Assembly (NCBI GenBank): GCA_964633435.1
Contig: CAZWHA010000003.1
Coordinates: 18,819-82,818 of the forward strand
DNA: 64,000 nucleotides
Direction: 5' to 3'
From: an uncultured Candidatus Saccharibacteria bacterium
Lineage (GTDB): Bacteria; Patescibacteriota; Saccharimonadia; Saccharimonadales; Saccharimonadaceae
Position 1 is the stretch's first letter, and every line of letters begins with the position of its first letter. Made by a program: the position numbers and the translations under genes. Positions 18,357-27,962 of the stretch are shown here, piece after piece. The notes below the pieces were generated by a model that saw only the letters and a program-made list of their open reading frames with translations, searched no databases and was not told the origin of the DNA.

Positions 18357-18875
18357 ATGAATTATTACAGAGGTGAACAGACGAATTTAACTCAGGCTCA
18401 GCGGAATCTGCGCGATAAGTATAATGCCTCTCCGCCAGAGTTCAGTCCTAATGCCAGTCGACGTCAAGTAATGGAGCGCATGCTAGAGATAGCGGGACTG
18501 AGGATAGAGACTCCAGTCTGGTGGACTATTGCTGATAGGTTTGATACCGCAGCGTATATCGTGAACGACCTTATCGAGGAGCATATAGAGACGGATGTAG
18601 CTAGACGCGGTTCCTCTGCTGTTCCATTTGCAGATTTTATAATCAGCCGGCTAGAGGAAATGATAGCAGCTGATGATAAGATGCGCTTGGCTGAGAGAAG
18701 AGACTTCGCGGCAGCTGCGGCATTGCAGTCAACTACTGATGTAGCCGTTTCATCGGAAGGACAGGAAACTCCAGACGAATTGCGTCGTCGAGTACGGGCG
18801 ACACTAGGAGGCTCTAATGGGGGACAGCAAGGTCGGCGACGGTATTCTAATTCTCATCACAGGCGTCGTCGCTAG
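18357..18875 (+). CDS. hypothetical protein with an Arg-rich C-terminal tail
   Basis: 172 aa ORF with a TTGACA...TAAAAT promoter at about 18324..18352; no family recognised. Confidence 0.5.
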   Translation: MNYYRGEQTNLTQAQRNLRDKYNASPPEFSPNASRRQVMERMLEIAGLRIETPVWWTIADRFDTAAYIVNDLIEEHIETDVARRGSSAVPFADFIISRLEEMIAADDKMRLAERRDFAAAAALQSTTDVAVSSEGQETPDELRRRVRATLGGSNGGQQGRRRYSNSHHRRRR

Positions 18876-19296
18876 AATTCGTATCAGAACATTGTTTACA
18901 GATACCAAATAGCTCGAAATGATGTTTGGTCGGCGCTAATCTGGCTTTGATCGTCAGGTCGTGCAGTAACCGTTCGACACCATGATCATCGATTGGTGTC
19001 GTCTTGCCACAGCGCTCACAGGTGGCATGGTGATGGTGCGGTCGGAAATCCTCACCGAGTTCATAGTAAACTTTGAACCCACGCGGGACTTCGCGGACTA
19101 TGCCAGCCGCTTGGAGCGATGAAATTGATCTATAAATGCTCGTAAAATGGGCTGATCCGGTGTTCATAGCGATGATTTCTTGTATTAGTAACGGTCTATC
19201 TGTAGTCATCAGAATATGAAAAATCTCCTGACGATTGCCAGTGAGGCGTAAATTATGAGTAGCGAGCTTTTCCTTGAATAGGGTATTATTTTGCAT
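18847..19296 (-). CDS. Fur-family metalloregulator (Zur-like by context)
   Basis: Winged-helix N-terminus, HHHATCERCGK...CKQC metal sites. Divergent from a ZIP transporter. ATG 19296 preferred over the track TTG 19326. Confidence 0.8.
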   Translation of the reverse strand: MQNNTLFKEKLATHNLRLTGNRQEIFHILMTTDRPLLIQEIIAMNTGSAHFTSIYRSISSLQAAGIVREVPRGFKVYYELGEDFRPHHHHATCERCGKTTPIDDHGVERLLHDLTIKARLAPTKHHFELFGICKQCSDTNSSDDACDEN

Positions 19297-19308
19297 TATA
19301 TCATCCTT

Positions 19309-19327
19309 ATTGCAAATTATTTGCAAT
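19309..19327. promoter_or_regulatory. 19 bp perfect palindrome ATTGCAAAT-T-ATTTGCAAT, candidate Fur/Zur box
   Basis: Self-complementary except for the central base. Lies 13 nt upstream of the Fur-family start, in the divergent region shared with the ZIP gene. Confidence 0.55.
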
Positions 19328-19400
19328 AATTATAGCATACTGATTATAATAAAGACCATACCAGTAAAGTAACTGTAATTAAAAAGGATAGGTAGTAATT

Positions 19401-20171
19401 ATGTCAACAATGACGCAAGTAATTTTCTTTTCGCTCGTTGGAGGAGTGTTCTCGCTCATCGGCGGTATTATCTTGCTAGCACGCAAGCGTTGGGCACAGC
19501 ATCTCATAAAATATGCCACGCCATTTGCTGCTGGGGCGCTCCTCGCCGCCGCATTTATTGATCTGTTGAGCGAAGCGGCGCACGAGGGCAATGCCGAGGT
19601 GGCGCTCCAGGCGACTTTGACAGGTATTTTGGTGTTTTTCCTGCTCGAGCGGGCGATTCATTGGTTTCATCATCATAGCTATGGTCGTGAGCATCAACAT
19701 GAGGTCAAGAGTGCCAAAGTGCCACTCATCATTATCGGTGATGTGCTCCATAACTTTATTGATGGTATTGCTATCGCCGCCGCGTTTTTGGTGTCACCAG
19801 CAACGGGTGTTGTGGTGACGCTGGCCGTCGCCTTGCACGAGATACCACAGGAGATTGGTGATTTTGGCCTGTTGCTCAGTAAAGGCCTCAGTCGGCGCAA
19901 GGTGTTACTCGTCAACGTTGTCTCAGCGCTGGCGACAACTGTCGCTGCAGTGCTATTTTTCGCCCTGGGTCAGAATGTTGCGGTACCTCTCGACATCGTG
20001 TTGGGACTGACGGCCGGATTCTTTATCTATATTGCAGTCAGTGATATTATTCCGGAAATCCACGCTCACGAGCAGCAGCGATTCGTTGGTTGGCAATCAG
20101 TTCTGCTCATTGTTGGAGTGATCTTGGTCAGTGTTATTACTACTATGTTACACGGCTTTATTGAAGCGTAA
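19401..20171 (+). CDS. ZIP family divalent-metal (zinc) transporter
   Basis: HNFIDGIAIAAAF and ALHEIPQEIGDF signatures, a His-rich loop (HHHSYGREHQHE), multi-TM. Confidence 0.85.
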   Translation: MSTMTQVIFFSLVGGVFSLIGGIILLARKRWAQHLIKYATPFAAGALLAAAFIDLLSEAAHEGNAEVALQATLTGILVFFLLERAIHWFHHHSYGREHQHEVKSAKVPLIIIGDVLHNFIDGIAIAAAFLVSPATGVVVTLAVALHEIPQEIGDFGLLLSKGLSRRKVLLVNVVSALATTVAAVLFFALGQNVAVPLDIVLGLTAGFFIYIAVSDIIPEIHAHEQQRFVGWQSVLLIVGVILVSVITTMLHGFIEA

Positions 20172-20200
20172 TTGTTAAAACTAATCGTAAAGGAGATATC

Positions 20201-21136
20201 ATGCGAATAGCATTTTTAGGCAAGGGCGGCAGTGGCAAGACGACGGTGTCGTCGCTAGTAGCGAGACTCGCTCCGGAGAGCTTTGACGAAATATATGTCA
20301 TAGACTCTGATATCAATAAACATATGAAAAGTGCTCTCGGTCTGAGTGATCAACAGGTTCATCCTTTCACTCCAGTATTCAAAGCATTTGAATCAAAAGT
20401 ACGACAATATCACCCGGCACTCAATGGCTTAACGGCGCTGCCGCGGACGTTACCAGTCTGGGACACGAGCGTTATTACTAAAATAAGTTTCGACGAGAAA
20501 CCATTTAGTGGAAATCAGCCTATCAACAATACGCTAGTGTACGAGCTAGGTAGTTACAATGCCGATACGATGGGGTGGTCGTGCCATCATAATGCGCTAG
20601 GGAAATTGCAGTTTGTGTTGACGCATGCGGTCGATACGCCCGAACAATTGATCATTGCTGATTTAACGGCTGGTGCGGATGTATTTGGTGTGGGCATATT
20701 GGGATTGTTTGACAAAGTCTATGTTGTCGTTGAACCTACTATCAAGAGTACCGATATTTTCCTGCAGTTAAAAGAATTGGCAGGGCATGATGATGTCGAG
20801 CTAGAGCCGATTGCTAATAAAGTAATGGATGAAACCGATCTTGCCTTTATTGCTGATCGTATAGGCCAACTACCGGGGTATACTGTGAAACTATCTAATT
20901 TCGTGCGTCGGCTAGAGCGCGGCGAGACAGTTGCCACTAACGATATCGAGACAGAGAATTACCAGACCATAGAGCAGCTGCTCCATGACGTAGCAAACAT
21001 TCGTCGTAACAGCAGAGAGATGTATAAACATATCATAAAAAACCACCGCCGTGCCGCCAAAAATTGGCCCAAAGGGAAATTTGGGGACGTAGACCTGCTA
21101 ACCTTAATCAATCCAGATTATGAACCGATCGCATAA
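20201..21136 (+). CDS. CooC/MinD-family P-loop ATPase (putative metallochaperone-like)
   Basis: MRIAFLGKGGSGKTT Walker A, IYVIDSDIN, IIADLTAGADVFG...VYVVVEPT. Aligns by eye to the CooC layout, but C-H-H replaces the CxC metal motif. Confidence 0.7.
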   Translation: MRIAFLGKGGSGKTTVSSLVARLAPESFDEIYVIDSDINKHMKSALGLSDQQVHPFTPVFKAFESKVRQYHPALNGLTALPRTLPVWDTSVITKISFDEKPFSGNQPINNTLVYELGSYNADTMGWSCHHNALGKLQFVLTHAVDTPEQLIIADLTAGADVFGVGILGLFDKVYVVVEPTIKSTDIFLQLKELAGHDDVELEPIANKVMDETDLAFIADRIGQLPGYTVKLSNFVRRLERGETVATNDIETENYQTIEQLLHDVANIRRNSREMYKHIIKNHRRAAKNWPKGKFGDVDLLTLINPDYEPIA

Positions 21137-22160
21137 ATTACGATTCCTGTCGCGCGATGAGGTGATAGAGCTCGGTGGCATGGATATATCCATGGTGGTT
21201 GGACAGGTAGAGGCGGCACTACTGGCTTGGGACAGAGGTGATGTATTGCAGCCTGCGAAAACCACGTTAAAATACCTCGATCAGCACGAACGCTATGGCG
21301 GGCTTGTCAATGTACTGCCGGCGGCGCTGCGTGACGAACGAGGAGAGATCTATGCAGTAAAAGCGTTAGGTGCTATGCCGAGCAATGTAGAGCATGGGCT
21401 ACCGCGTGCCACAGGAGTCATTACTCTATTTGATGGTACTACCAAAACACCAGTGGCAGTGATGGATGGGCAGGTGATTAGCGCTATGCGGACTGGTGCA
21501 GTCAGTGCACTGGCGGCGCGAGTATTGTGCTCGACTGATACAAAACATCTTGGTTTGATTGGGGCGGGGGTAAATATGCGGACACAGCTACTGGGTCTAC
21601 TATATACATTATCAGAGCTGGAAACAGTTACGGTATACAGCCGTGGCGATAGTAAGCATGATTTCGTGGCTACTATGAGTAAACGTTTTCCGTCAGTCAA
21701 TTTTTGTGCAGCCAACTCTTCTCGCGAAGCAGTGGAGCATGCCGATGTTGTCGTGACCTGCGTGGCAAACGCCGATCAACCTGTCGTGGCGGCCGATGAT
21801 TTGAATCGACCAGGTTTAACAGTGTTTAATATCGGCTGTCTCGAAAATGAACCGAAATTGCTCGCTACTATGGATCTAGTGGTGGCCGATTATTGGGAAC
21901 ACTCTAAGCATCGTGGCGTACAAACCCATGCGGTTGCCTATCAGCAAGGTTATATACGTGACGAGGACGTAGTAGACTTGAAAGATATTGTGGGGGGGGG
22001 TAAGGTCAGAGGGAGGACGAGCCGGGAACAACGGATCTTCTTTGCTCCGACGGGGCTTGGCGTTGAAGATGTAGCGGTAGCACGCGAAATACTGAGTCGA
22101 GCCGAATCGCAGAACGTCGGCCAACTCTTGGAACTATGGAGTGACGAGCCATGGATTTAG
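21120..22160 (+). CDS. ornithine cyclodeaminase / mu-crystallin family NAD(P)-dependent enzyme
   Basis: ISAMRTGAVSALAAR followed by the Rossmann segment LGLIGAGVNMRTQL; 346 aa; overlaps the upstream gene by 17 nt. Confidence 0.7.
   Translation: MNRSHKLRFLSRDEVIELGGMDISMVVGQVEAALLAWDRGDVLQPAKTTLKYLDQHERYGGLVNVLPAALRDERGEIYAVKALGAMPSNVEHGLPRATGVITLFDGTTKTPVAVMDGQVISAMRTGAVSALAARVLCSTDTKHLGLIGAGVNMRTQLLGLLYTLSELETVTVYSRGDSKHDFVATMSKRFPSVNFCAANSSREAVEHADVVVTCVANADQPVVAADDLNRPGLTVFNIGCLENEPKLLATMDLVVADYWEHSKHRGVQTHAVAYQQGYIRDEDVVDLKDIVGGGKVRGRTSREQRIFFAPTGLGVEDVAVAREILSRAESQNVGQLLELWSDEPWI
21992..22000 (+). repeat. poly-G tract, G9, in frame (gtg ggg ggg ggt = V-G-G-G)
   Basis: Counted directly: t21991, g21992-g22000, t22001. 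Confidence 0.95.
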
Positions 22161-23488
22161 CTGCTATTAAACGTTGGACATTGGCTCTGGAGCAATTATC
22201 GCCACACGTTCGTCGTGAACTACGTAGCACTATTTCGCCCATAGAGATCGGTGGCGAGTCTGCCACTTTGCTGGCCGCACCGCTATTTCTATCGTCTAAA
22301 ACTTACGAAAAAGTGGTGGCAGCAGCCGAGACCTTTGTCGATGCTACGGTAGCAATAGAAACTAACTCGCGATTTAAAGCCGGTAACGTCGTGTATGACA
22401 GACTATATAATTCTCTGAGCGCCAATGGTAAAACACTAATTGATCGCTCCAAACCTGTTACGAGCGAGACGGCAAAACGGCGTTTTCGCCGGCTGGATGG
22501 ATTTTTACTGAGCAATCAAGCACCAACATTTATTGAGATGAATCAATCTGCACCACTGGCTATCAGCTTTTATCAACGAGCAAAGCAACTTGTGACCGAC
22601 ATTGCCGATAGAGCGGATATAGCAATTACTGAGAGTGGTGATTTATACTCTGATTTGGCCAAGTGGTTTATCTCGGAACTCCGAGCTATTGGTCACAATC
22701 AGGATTCTGCTACAATTGCCGTCAGTATGGAGCGGGGCTATCCGGCGAAGTTTGTCGATCTGCCGGTAGCATGCGACGGCATCGCAGCTGCCGCTAAAAA
22801 ACAAGGCCTAGAACTAACATTTATATTAGCCGAACCAACCGAATTTACTTGGGACGGTATGCGCGGCTACGTAAAGGGCGTTAGTTTTGATTTGTTATGG
22901 CGAAATACCGTATATCTGCAAAATTATCCTGAAACTCTTGCTGAATATGAAGCTATTCGTTATGGCGGTATGCCGATGATTAATGATCTACACTCGTGGT
23001 TCTTTCGGTCAAAAGAATTTTTTGCGATCCTATGGGATGATGCTATGCAATCAGAGCTAGCCAAGTTCGGTATCGATGTAGCAAAAGTCCGCCATCTCGT
23101 CCCGCGAACAATCAGCCTTAATCAGTTAGACAAGGATGAGAAGGACAGGTCTAGTTGGATATTAAAGCGCTGTGACGACGGTTTTGGTAAAGGAATTGTC
23201 TTTGGGTCAGAACTGACCAGAGCAGAGTGGGTCGAGTATATAACCGGCCAACATGGAACCGATTGGATTGCCCAAGAGATTGTCAGGCCGCTCGCTACTG
23301 AGCTTCCGATCATCTTGTCTGATGGCAGTGTTCAGTCGGTTACGTGCCATTGTGACATAGATCCATTTGTTGTAAATGGTAGTGTGTCGGGAATGTTGGT
23401 ACGAGCGTTGCCCGTAAATACTGGAACCAATAGAAAAATGAACATTGTTGAGGGCGCAGCGATTGGCTGCGGTATGTTACAATATTAA
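22151..23488 (+). CDS. ATP-grasp-type ligase (glutathionylspermidine synthase / eukaryotic GSH synthetase-like fold)
   Basis: FRRLDGFLLSNQAPTFIEMNQSAPLAISF resembles the R-x-D...E-x-N-(A)DTP pre-ATP-grasp motif. ILKRCDDGFGKGIVFG and WIAQEIVRP resemble nucleotide-binding strands. Overlaps the upstream gene by 10 nt. Confidence 0.55.
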   Translation: MDLAAIKRWTLALEQLSPHVRRELRSTISPIEIGGESATLLAAPLFLSSKTYEKVVAAAETFVDATVAIETNSRFKAGNVVYDRLYNSLSANGKTLIDRSKPVTSETAKRRFRRLDGFLLSNQAPTFIEMNQSAPLAISFYQRAKQLVTDIADRADIAITESGDLYSDLAKWFISELRAIGHNQDSATIAVSMERGYPAKFVDLPVACDGIAAAAKKQGLELTFILAEPTEFTWDGMRGYVKGVSFDLLWRNTVYLQNYPETLAEYEAIRYGGMPMINDLHSWFFRSKEFFAILWDDAMQSELAKFGIDVAKVRHLVPRTISLNQLDKDEKDRSSWILKRCDDGFGKGIVFGSELTRAEWVEYITGQHGTDWIAQEIVRPLATELPIILSDGSVQSVTCHCDIDPFVVNGSVSGMLVRALPVNTGTNRKMNIVEGAAIGCGMLQY

Positions 23489-23490
23489 CC

Positions 23491-25011
23491 ATGGCAACCC
23501 TACAAGATTTCCGCGATGAGCGACTGAAAAAACTCGAGAAACTACGTGAGCTCGGCATAAATCCTTATCCGGCGAAAGCCGAACGGACCGTCGCTACGGC
23601 TCGGGTGACGACAGATTTCGATACTCTCAGTGGGACAGAGCAGACAGTGGTTGGTCGGATCGCGAGCATTCGCAAGTTTGGCAAAATTGCCTTTATTGTT
23701 GTGCGTGACCAGAGCGGCGAACTGCAGCTTTTCCTACGATCTGGCGAAGTAGAACCGACAACGGCTGAATTGTCGCTGATTGGTATAGAAGACTTGAATC
23801 TGCTGGACACCGGTGACTTTGTTGAGGCAACTGGCGAAGTAATCAAAACGCAAACGGGCGAAATCAGTCTCGGTGTGAAAAAGTTACGATTACTGACCAA
23901 AGCGCTGCGGCCGATGCCGAGTCGCCAAGATGGCTTTACGAACAAAGAGGAACGGTTCCGACGGCGTTACGTTGATATGAACGTTAACCCAGAGGTTCGC
24001 GAACGCTTTGAGCGACGCAGTAAATTCTGGCATGCCACCCGCGAGTTTCTGGAAAACGAAGGTTTTATCGAGGTCAACAATACCGTGCTCGAAGCTACGG
24101 CTGGTGGAGCAGACGCGAATCCGTTTGTCACGCATATGGATGCGCTAGACCAAGATTTCTACCTGCGCATCAGTCACGAATTGCCACTGAAACGCCTGCT
24201 GGTGGCTGGCTTTGAGAAGGTTTTTGATATTGGCGCACGTTTTCGTAACGAAAATTACAGCGACGAACACTTGCCAGAGCATAATGCTATGGAGTGGTAT
24301 TGGGCCTATGCGGATTGGCAAGACGGCATGGCGTTAACCGAGCGAATGATTCGCTTTGTCTGCGATCAGACCTGGGGCACGCGGCAATTCACTCTGGCCG
24401 ATGGTCAAGAAGTTAATTTTGGCGAAGATAACGGACATTTTCCAAAAATTAATTTTGTTGAAGTACTCGCAAATGAATTCAATATTGATGTATTTGAATC
24501 ATCGATAGAGGAAATTCAGGCCGCATTGAGACAGCATGGATTAGAGGTAGAAAAAGTTGACAATCGGATTCGTAGCCTCGATAAATTGTGGAAGAAGTAT
24601 CGAAAAACGATTGCTGGACCGGCATTTTTGGTAGGAATTCCGATATTTATGCAGCCACTCGCCAAAAAGCAAGCCGATGATCCGCGTATGAGCGAGCAAT
24701 TCAATCTAGTATTTGGTGGTAGTGAAATGTGTAAAGCTTTTTCAGAGCTCAACGATCCACTCGATCAGCTGGATCGGTTCCGTGAACAACAAGCAATGCG
24801 CGATGCTGGCGACGACGAGGCGCAAATGCTCGATATTGATTTCGTTGAGGCACTCGAATATGGTATGCCGCCAGCCTGTGGCCTGGGCTACAGTGAACGC
24901 GTGTTCTGGAGTCTCGAAGGCATTACGGCTCGCGAGGGTGTACCATTCCCGCAACTTCGCCGCGAAATTGATCAAACAACACGTGATATATACAGTGATT
25001 TAAGTTTATAG
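23491..25011 (+). CDS. lysS: lysyl-tRNA synthetase (class II)
   Basis: N-terminal OB domain (VVGRIASIRKFGKIAFIVVRDQSG), class II motifs (FRNE, GGSEMCKAFSELNDP, GLGYSERV). Confidence 0.95.
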   Translation: MATLQDFRDERLKKLEKLRELGINPYPAKAERTVATARVTTDFDTLSGTEQTVVGRIASIRKFGKIAFIVVRDQSGELQLFLRSGEVEPTTAELSLIGIEDLNLLDTGDFVEATGEVIKTQTGEISLGVKKLRLLTKALRPMPSRQDGFTNKEERFRRRYVDMNVNPEVRERFERRSKFWHATREFLENEGFIEVNNTVLEATAGGADANPFVTHMDALDQDFYLRISHELPLKRLLVAGFEKVFDIGARFRNENYSDEHLPEHNAMEWYWAYADWQDGMALTERMIRFVCDQTWGTRQFTLADGQEVNFGEDNGHFPKINFVEVLANEFNIDVFESSIEEIQAALRQHGLEVEKVDNRIRSLDKLWKKYRKTIAGPAFLVGIPIFMQPLAKKQADDPRMSEQFNLVFGGSEMCKAFSELNDPLDQLDRFREQQAMRDAGDDEAQMLDIDFVEALEYGMPPACGLGYSERVFWSLEGITAREGVPFPQLRREIDQTTRDIYSDLSL

Positions 25012-25023
25012 GAGGGCAAAACG

Positions 25024-25284
25024 ATGAATCCATTACCGACGGACAAAAACAGTACCTACAAAACGTCAATTGGCGCCGTAGCCGCCTCGGCAAACGCTTC
25101 AAAAATGACTAAAATCACTCCGTATCTTTTAGTACTGTTTATTTTGACCATAGTTGGTGTAGCGACAATTTTGGTTCCAAAAATGATTGCTAATAATAAC
25201 AAATCCGAGGAACTCAAACAGTTTCAGCAGCAGCTAGAGGAAAATTCCAAACGCCTGCAGGGTGCTTCGACGGTTAATCGATAA
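25024..25284 (+). CDS. small single-pass membrane protein
   Basis: One TM (ITPYLLVLFILTIVGVATILV), SD aggaggg upstream; no family recognised. Confidence 0.45.
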   Translation: MNPLPTDKNSTYKTSIGAVAASANASKMTKITPYLLVLFILTIVGVATILVPKMIANNNKSEELKQFQQQLEENSKRLQGASTVNR

Positions 25285-25350
25285 CTGATCGTCTGTGCTA
25301 CAATAGTTCGCAGTGGGCAAAATCTAATATTCTGAAATAGGTGAGTATAT

Positions 25351-26631
25351 ATGCAATACGAAGTGAGCGAATTTATTTTGAAAGACGGCGGGCGCGGTTT
25401 GATTGTTAATGTACCATCAGCGCCAGTGATGAGTGCTCAATTTCATTTTCGAGCTGGCAGTCGATTTGTCAAAGATTTTGACGCCAAGTGGGAAACAGCA
25501 CATATCATGGAGCATATGGCGTTTGGCGCTAATAATGGCTTTGCGACTGGTTCTGATTATGACGCGGTATTTACCGAGAACGGTGCCTATCATAACGCCT
25601 GGACCAGCGATGTTAGCATGTGCTATGTTGCGGAATGTGCTTCGTTTGAATGGGAGCGAATTTTGGGTCTGCAAAAATCAGCCATCTGCGACCCGAAATT
25701 TACCGATGATGAATTCGATGCCGAATATGGCAATGTTAAAGGCGAATTGACCGGTTACTTGTCGAATGCGAACCGGGTATTATGGCCGAAAATGGCGCAA
25801 AACTTGGGTGACAATACACTTAGTTATCAGGAACGACTTGATATTATGCCAAATATCAAAGTCCAAGATATTAGAAATCATTATCGCGGGACACATACCA
25901 GCGGCAACTTGCGTTTTGTGGTGGCGGGTGATTTTACTGGCAAATTGACCAGGCTGCGCGAAGTGTTGAATAGTTTTGAGCTCACGACTGGCGATCGGCC
26001 GCCGCTGCCCGTCGACGAGATGCACTCGTTCGCACCGTTCGCAATTCGCCGTAAAGACGTGCCGGATATTACCTTTGGCTGGACGATGAATTTGCCGCGG
26101 CGGCTATCTGACGACGAAGACACGGCAATGGGGGTACTCGATCACATCTTGAACGGAACACTGCATTCGCGAATCCAGGGCGAGGCTCGTCAAAAAGGCC
26201 TGGTTTATGGCATCTGGTCGGAAACCAGTGCGAGCGAGCATAATTCAACCTGGGACTTTGGTGCCTCGGTCGAGGCCGACAAACTTGATCGGCTGTTTGA
26301 TCTGATCGTGCGCGAGATCAAACGCGTCCAGGATGGCGATATTACCGATGCCGAAATCGAGAGTGCCAAACAATATGCGCTCGGTCGGCATCAGATGGGA
26401 ATTCAGACAGTGGGGCAGCTGAATAATTGGCTGGCCAATCGCTACTTCTTTGATGGCCGGATCGAAGATTTTGCTGCTCAGCCCGATCGTATCAATGCAG
26501 TGACCAAGGAGCGTATTATCGCCACGGCGCAGGAGTTTTTTGCGGTGAATTGCTGGGGCCTGGGACTGTACGGTAACACCGAAAAGGCCGTCGCCGAACG
26601 CTTGAACGACAAGCTGGAAAAATTATTCTAA
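25351..26631 (+). CDS. M16 (pitrilysin/insulinase) family peptidase
   Basis: Inverted zinc motif H-x-x-E-H in AHIMEHMAFG; 426 aa. Confidence 0.8.
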   Translation: MQYEVSEFILKDGGRGLIVNVPSAPVMSAQFHFRAGSRFVKDFDAKWETAHIMEHMAFGANNGFATGSDYDAVFTENGAYHNAWTSDVSMCYVAECASFEWERILGLQKSAICDPKFTDDEFDAEYGNVKGELTGYLSNANRVLWPKMAQNLGDNTLSYQERLDIMPNIKVQDIRNHYRGTHTSGNLRFVVAGDFTGKLTRLREVLNSFELTTGDRPPLPVDEMHSFAPFAIRRKDVPDITFGWTMNLPRRLSDDEDTAMGVLDHILNGTLHSRIQGEARQKGLVYGIWSETSASEHNSTWDFGASVEADKLDRLFDLIVREIKRVQDGDITDAEIESAKQYALGRHQMGIQTVGQLNNWLANRYFFDGRIEDFAAQPDRINAVTKERIIATAQEFFAVNCWGLGLYGNTEKAVAERLNDKLEKLF

Positions 26632-26645
26632 AGGAGGGCTCTACG

Positions 26646-27947
26646 ATGAAGATTGCGATTGCCTGGTACGGCGCCGAGGGGCAGGCTAATTACCAGTATT
26701 ATACTGCCCAGGGACATGATGTCACAATTGTCACTCCCCAGGTAGCCGAGCAATATCCTATTCCGTCTGGCGCGCAGGCAGTTGTCGGACCAGATGCCTT
26801 TGATAAGTTGCAGGGCTATGACCTCGTGGTGCGTAGTGCCGCTGTGCGACCAGATAGTCTGCGAACTGATGGCAAGATTTGGTCGGCCACTAATGAGTTC
26901 TTTGCGAACTGCCCAGCACCAATTATTGGTGTAACTGGCACCAAAGGCAAGGGTACGACGTCGAGCTTGATCACATCAATCTTGCGGGCGGCGGGGAGAA
27001 CCGTGCATCTGGTGGGAAATATTGGACAGCCGGCGCTCGAAGTGCTCGCCAGTATCCAGCCGAGCGATATTGTTGTCTATGAACTGAGCAGTTTTCAGCT
27101 CTGGGATCTCGAGCGCTCACCGCAGGTGGCGGTAATGACGCTGATCGAGCCGGATCATCTGGATGTTCATAGTGATATGGCGGAATATGTCACAGCCAAG
27201 AGTCGTATTTTTGCTTATCAGCAGCCAGGCGACAGAGCAGTTTATAACGAGCAAGACGAAACAGTGCGGCACATCGTCGAGACGGCGGTTCAGACCACCC
27301 ATGCCACCCCCGTGCCATTTTTGAATAAAAAATTTGTTCATATTGAACAGGGAAAATTCTATTATGATGACCAGCCGATTTGTCCGATCGATGCCGTCAA
27401 GTTACCCGGCGAGCACAACCTTCGCAACGCTGCTGCGGCGATTGCTACGGTTTGGCGATTGATCGGTGGTGATATAGTAGCGATTGCGGCGGGACTACAG
27501 GATTTTGATGGCTTACCACATCGCTTGAAATTAGTTGCAGAGGTTAATAAGGTAAAATTTTATGACGACAGTATTGCTACGACGCCTGGTTCTGCTATTG
27601 CAGCTGCCAAATCCTTTGAGTCACCAATGATTTTGATATTGGGTGGTCACGACAAAGGTGCGGATTACAGTGAGCTAGGTAGAGTCATCAATAAAGTCAA
27701 TGTGAAAATGATTTATGCCATCGGGGCGAATCGCGATAAAATCGCTGACCAGATCGGAGCGGTGTCGACTGTTCGAATAGAAAAGCTAGCCACCACATCA
27801 ATGACAGAGATTGTTGGTATTATTTATCAATCTGCGGCGCCAGGTGATATTGTGATTTTGTCGCCAGCGGCAGCCAGCTTTGACATGTTTACCAGTTACC
27901 AGGATCGCGGCGATCAGTTCGTGACTGCGGTCAGAGGGTTGTGTTAA
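26646..27947 (+). CDS. murD: UDP-N-acetylmuramoyl-L-alanine--D-glutamate ligase
   Basis: Mur ligase P-loop GVTGTKGKGTTSSLI, MurD-like N-terminal Rossmann, C-terminal SPAAASFDMF. Confidence 0.88.
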   Translation: MKIAIAWYGAEGQANYQYYTAQGHDVTIVTPQVAEQYPIPSGAQAVVGPDAFDKLQGYDLVVRSAAVRPDSLRTDGKIWSATNEFFANCPAPIIGVTGTKGKGTTSSLITSILRAAGRTVHLVGNIGQPALEVLASIQPSDIVVYELSSFQLWDLERSPQVAVMTLIEPDHLDVHSDMAEYVTAKSRIFAYQQPGDRAVYNEQDETVRHIVETAVQTTHATPVPFLNKKFVHIEQGKFYYDDQPICPIDAVKLPGEHNLRNAAAAIATVWRLIGGDIVAIAAGLQDFDGLPHRLKLVAEVNKVKFYDDSIATTPGSAIAAAKSFESPMILILGGHDKGADYSELGRVINKVNVKMIYAIGANRDKIADQIGAVSTVRIEKLATTSMTEIVGIIYQSAAPGDIVILSPAAASFDMFTSYQDRGDQFVTAVRGLC

Positions 27948-27962
27948 AATAGCTAGAGTATT

